Of a stretch of DNA of 64,000 bases, positions 59,988 to 64,000 are shown one piece after another. Origin of the DNA: Podarcis muralis (lineage: Eukaryota); contig NC_135668.1 in NCBI RefSeq assembly GCF_964188315.1, forward strand, positions 41,664,001 to 41,728,000, written 5' to 3'. The translations under genes were made by a program, and so were the position numbers. The notes beneath the pieces were generated by a model that did no database searches, was not told the DNA's origin, and worked only from the letters and a program-made list of their open reading frames with translations. Every line of letters starts with the position of its first letter. Position 1 is the first letter of the stretch.

Positions 59988-61964
59988 GAATGACTAGACT
60001 AGAATGAAGATATGGTTTTATTTGTAGATGTGTGCTCCCCCCCTTTTTTTTCTTTTTTTCTCCTTTTTCCTTTTTGTGTCTTGTTTTTCTTTCTTGTTTG
60101 TATAGTTTTTATTTTGGATTCAGTGTTTGTAATTTTTGTTGTAATGTTGCATTGAAGATAAAATTTATATTAATTTTTTTTAAAGTAGCTGGAGAGAGCA
60201 GAATCAAGGCTGTGTGTGTGTGTGAGTGAAAACCTATTCCTTTCTGTGTTACACAAATTAGTTTTGTAGAAGCGTAAACACTTTCCTTCAGGATTCTGGG
60301 AAGAAAAAGAGAGTTTTGCTGATGGTGTTGGTATCGTGTTGGTATCGAAGTCCGAGTAAAAGAATGTATTAACTTATTCGCCATGTTTTATATTGCCACC
60401 TGGAACTTTTGCTGACAAGTTCCTGATGACACGATAGAGAGGGTAGGCTGCTTATGTTCAAGTAAAATGGCTGACCTTTGTCTTGAGGCCCATGAAAGCA
60501 TTTCCACCTTTCCTGGTCTCGCTGAACAAAGGTGTGCTAACTCTTTTAGCACTCAGTATTTCCTTGTGGTTTCTAAGTGACGTAGCGGATATTTGAAGAT
60601 GGGATTTGTGTTTGGTTTTTTGGCAAGCTAAAACATGTCATCTCATAGGAATAACATAAGAAGGCCAGAACAGGTTAATCCTAACCTGAAGACAAAAATG
60701 CAGTTGAAAAGTTAGAATTGTGGCTTTTCTATTGAGCCCCTGTGCTGTTAGACTGACACGTATCAACGGAATTTGTCCCCAGACTGAAAGATACGTTTTT
60801 AAGTATTGTAAGAAAAAATAAATGGGGGCGGGGGGGGGTCAACAATAAAAATACAAAACAATCCACAATTCAACCAGATCATAAACCAAAATATTAGCAT
60901 AAAAATCAAGACCGTAATCCTTAACCAGGGTTTGTCCTTAACCCAAGGTTTCAAACTGAGATTTCAGGCTCTGTTATCAGCACTTAAACACAGTTAACGT
61001 TAGTGCTGATGTAATTTGATCTTTCGTTAAGCTGGGTGAGACATACTCTCCAATGTTTCTCCAGTGAAAATAGGGCTGTCCTATTCCACAATTTTATTCT
61101 TTATACCCCACCCATCTGACTGGGTTGCCCCAGCCATTCTGGGCGGCTTCCAACCTACATAAAAATGTAAGAAACCATTAAACATTTTTTTTAAAAAAAG
61201 CTTCCCTATACAGGGCTGCCTTCAGGTGTCTTCTAAAGGTTGTCTAGTTACTTATCTCCTTGGCTTGAGGGTCACAAAACTCCATGCCCTTCAACATTTA
61301 TCTGATGAAAATAGGGACATCCTAAGGAACAGTAGGATCAAATCAGAAACTGAGACAGCTTCTGTAAATCTGAGACTGTCCCTGGAATATAGGGACACTT
61401 GGAGAGTTTGGAGAGATTCTCATGAGAGAGAAAGTATGCAATCCCTTCGCCTGTTCCCAGTGTCATAACCATGGTTCACTGAAGTGGTATATCCACACCG
61501 GAATGTAGTATTCAGCATATGTGGTTTCCTATAACCATCACCCCAAAATACTACAACTCAAGGACAGCTAATAAGTTGAATTGGGGTAGATTTGGGCTGG
61601 ATAAACGGAGCCATCTTGCACACAGTCTTTAGTGGGTTATATTCAACACAGAGTATATCCACTGAAATTCATGGACTGCAGTAAGTAATGTCCATGATTG
61701 AGTAGGGCTAACACTGGATATAACCCTATGCATTTATGACATTCATTGTTAGAAGAAAACATGCTGGCTTCTGAGTTTGATGGCTTTAAAAGGAAAGGAA
61801 AGAAACTCAAAGAGGACAAGGGTATCAGTGGCTACTAGTTGTGATCGCTCTGTGTAACTCTTTTGTTGGGGATAGGGGACCTATAGCCTTCTAGCAAAGT
61901 GAAACATGCCCAGTTCAACTCCTCATAGGACTTCTGAGAGGGTATGTGATTTTTAACTGAGAAA

Positions 61965-61968
<4 letters not shown>

Positions 61969-62044
<76 letters not shown>
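61969..62044. repeat. (TG)15(AG)23 compound microsatellite
   Basis: Read directly; about 80 nt upstream of the 62126 acceptor. Confidence 0.95.
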
Positions 62045-62047
<3 letters not shown>

Positions 62048-62222
62048 TGGTTAAAGGCTTAAACAAGAGGGTGTGAGTGTGAAGGATTGGCTGGAACGTA
62101 TTTTAATTTAATTTCTTTTAAAATAGATTCGGGATGAAACTTCGCCCAGTAAAAAACTGAAAACAGTCCACCAAGTTGATTTCTAAACATCTTTCATACG
62201 AAGGCAAAGATTTGGATGCATC

Positions 62223-62299
62223 ATGTCTTTCCACTACAATAATGAAGCCTTTGAAAACCCAGACTATCACCACTCTGAAACGCTAGAGATTGACAGAAC
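62223..62299 (+). CDS. TMC5: First coding exon of probable TMC5 (MSFHYNNEAFENPDYHHSETLEIDR...); exon 62127-62299; the gene continues beyond the window
   Basis: Acceptor TTTTAAAATAG|A at 62126, A at -3 of the ATG, and donor AC|GTAAGT. The NPDY motif resembles the recalled TMC5 N-terminus, and the head-to-head position to TMC7 matches the recalled mouse order. Only 25 codons are visible. Confidence 0.62.
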
Positions 62300-63470
62300 G
62301 TAAGTCTGAAATATAGCATATAAAAGACTAAGCTGTTGCTATTGTTGAATTAACAAAGCAAATAATGATGCATGTTCCTAGAATAAACCTAGCTACTCAT
62401 TCTGTGCATTGATATCTAGATTATTTATTACAAGTAAAAGTATTTCTGTTCAGGGTGCCAACGAAACACACCCTTCTCCAGTAAGCCATTTCATTTCCTC
62501 AGACTTCTGTTTTCGTTTCCTGATTGGCAGCATTCTGTTACTGAATGTTTAGTCCTCATGGGTACCAAAGTTACTTTTGTAACACAGGTAGAATCCAAAG
62601 AGAAAAGAAATCCAGATAATAATACCTCACTGAGAAAAATGAACGAAAACAGTATATAATTTGAGGAGAGAGGACCAGAGAGCTTTTCTTTTGTAGTTCC
62701 AGCCTTCTACATAGCAGGGAAACCTTGAACCAAACATAAAGAGGAAAACTCCTTCACAACTACACAGCCAATTGGAGCATGTATTGCCACTGCATTTCAG
62801 GCTTGTTAGGATATGCATTTCTGGTCTCTGAGAGGAGACCTCTACTAATTGCACAGAAAACACAATATCGCCAGTGTCACAGACACCAACATTTTACGTA
62901 TGCAACACACATTCAAAATAAGATTCACATTTTCATTAAAAGATCTGGGGAACTTTTGGCCCTCCAAATGTTACTGGGCTCAAATCCCATCAGCCATCAC
63001 CATTGACCTTGCTAGCTGGGGGCCAAAGGTTCCCCAAGCCTTTTTCAGGTCATGCTCAAAGATGGCTACTCTTAGGTGGTTATATGGAGGGAAAAGGCTA
63101 TCAGTGGCAACTAGTCATGAGGGCTATATGCTACCTCTAAGATCAGAGAGGGCATGCCTCGCACTACCACTTGCTGGAGATTGTGAGGAGGAGAATTTGT
63201 GTCCTGCTAGTTGACGTTCCACAGGTATCTGAATAGCCATTGTGAGATACAGGAGGTTGAACTAGATAGTCCTGGGGCCACCAGTGTGGCACCCATGGGC
63301 AAATGTCGCCCTTGAGAACTGCCTCTAATCATGAAGCCTTTGAATCATTGTCCCTACAAACGGACACTCCATTTCATCATGAGATAGTGAGAGGTGGTTA
63401 GCTTTTCAGACCTGTAGTTGGATCCATCAGGGTTCTTCTGACATTTTTAGGCCTTTCTAAGCCATGCCTA

Positions 63471-64000
63471 CCATATTTTTTGCCCTATAGGACACACCGG
63501 CCCATAGGACGCACCTAGTTTTCAGGGGGGGAAATCAAGGGAAAAATATGACCCCCCCCCCACAGATCTGGGAGCAGTGGACAGGCTGCACGCAGCCTGT
63601 GCGCTACTCCAAGACCTTCTCCCTGCTTTTGTGGGAGGTGTGGGAGGAATTCCCCCACCTCCCGCAAAAGCCCAGAGGAGCCCCGCGTGACTCCTGCGGG
63701 CTTTTCGACCAGGAGGGAGAAGGGACTGAAACGGCCAGTTAGTCCCTTCTCCCTCCTTGGGGAAAAGCCCCCAAGTGCCGCTCGCTCTTTAAAGGGTGCT
63801 CGGCTCCTGCGGACTTTTCTATGAGGTGGGGGAATCCCCCCACCTCGTAGAAAAGCCAGCAGAAGCCGCGGAGCCCCTTTAAAGAGCGTGCGGCTTTTGC
63901 CTGCTTTTGCGGGAGGTGGGGGAATTCCCCCATCTCCCGCAAAAGCCCAAAGGAGGGTTGGAGAGTAGCGGGAAGGCGTCGCACACCTTCCTGCTGCCCC
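63471..64000. mobile_element. CCRTA-ended element, truncated by the window edge
   Basis: TA-CCATATTTTT start and GC-rich internal inverted repeats (GCTTTTGCGGGAGG / CCTCCCGCAAAAGC). Confidence 0.65.

Noticed and set aside
47300-64000. SMG1 expected upstream of TMC7 from human gene order
   Set aside because: No SMG1-like exons seen; the plus-strand exon found fits TMC5 and the mouse-type order better.

Overview
Vertebrate genomic DNA from a squamate reptile, probably a lacertid lizard (inferred from Sauria/Squam SINEs, BovB and lizard-type MITEs). I assembled the genes by hand from splice sites and reading phase. On the minus strand are ITPRIPL2 (single exon, 1432-2937), COQ7 (6 exons, 9454-13925) and TMC7 (16 exons, 29720-46893). 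The 5' end of a plus-strand gene, most likely TMC5, is also present (candidate non-coding exon ending 55294, first coding exon 62127-62299). Between COQ7 and TMC7 lies an 8-exon plus-strand gene I do not recognise (14412-26399, about 677 aa, all seven introns GT-AG and phase-compatible). It is head-to-head with COQ7, with start codons 486 bp apart, and is the main lead. Secondary leads are a decayed copy of TMC7 exon 15 in the TMC7 3' region, a near-perfect 35-bp hairpin with pri-miRNA-like geometry in TMC5 intron 1, several uORFs, and nested MITEs. The remainder is intronic or intergenic DNA rich in SINEs, LINE fragments and DNA-transposon MITEs. Gene and repeat-family names come from recalled sequences and synteny, not database searches.
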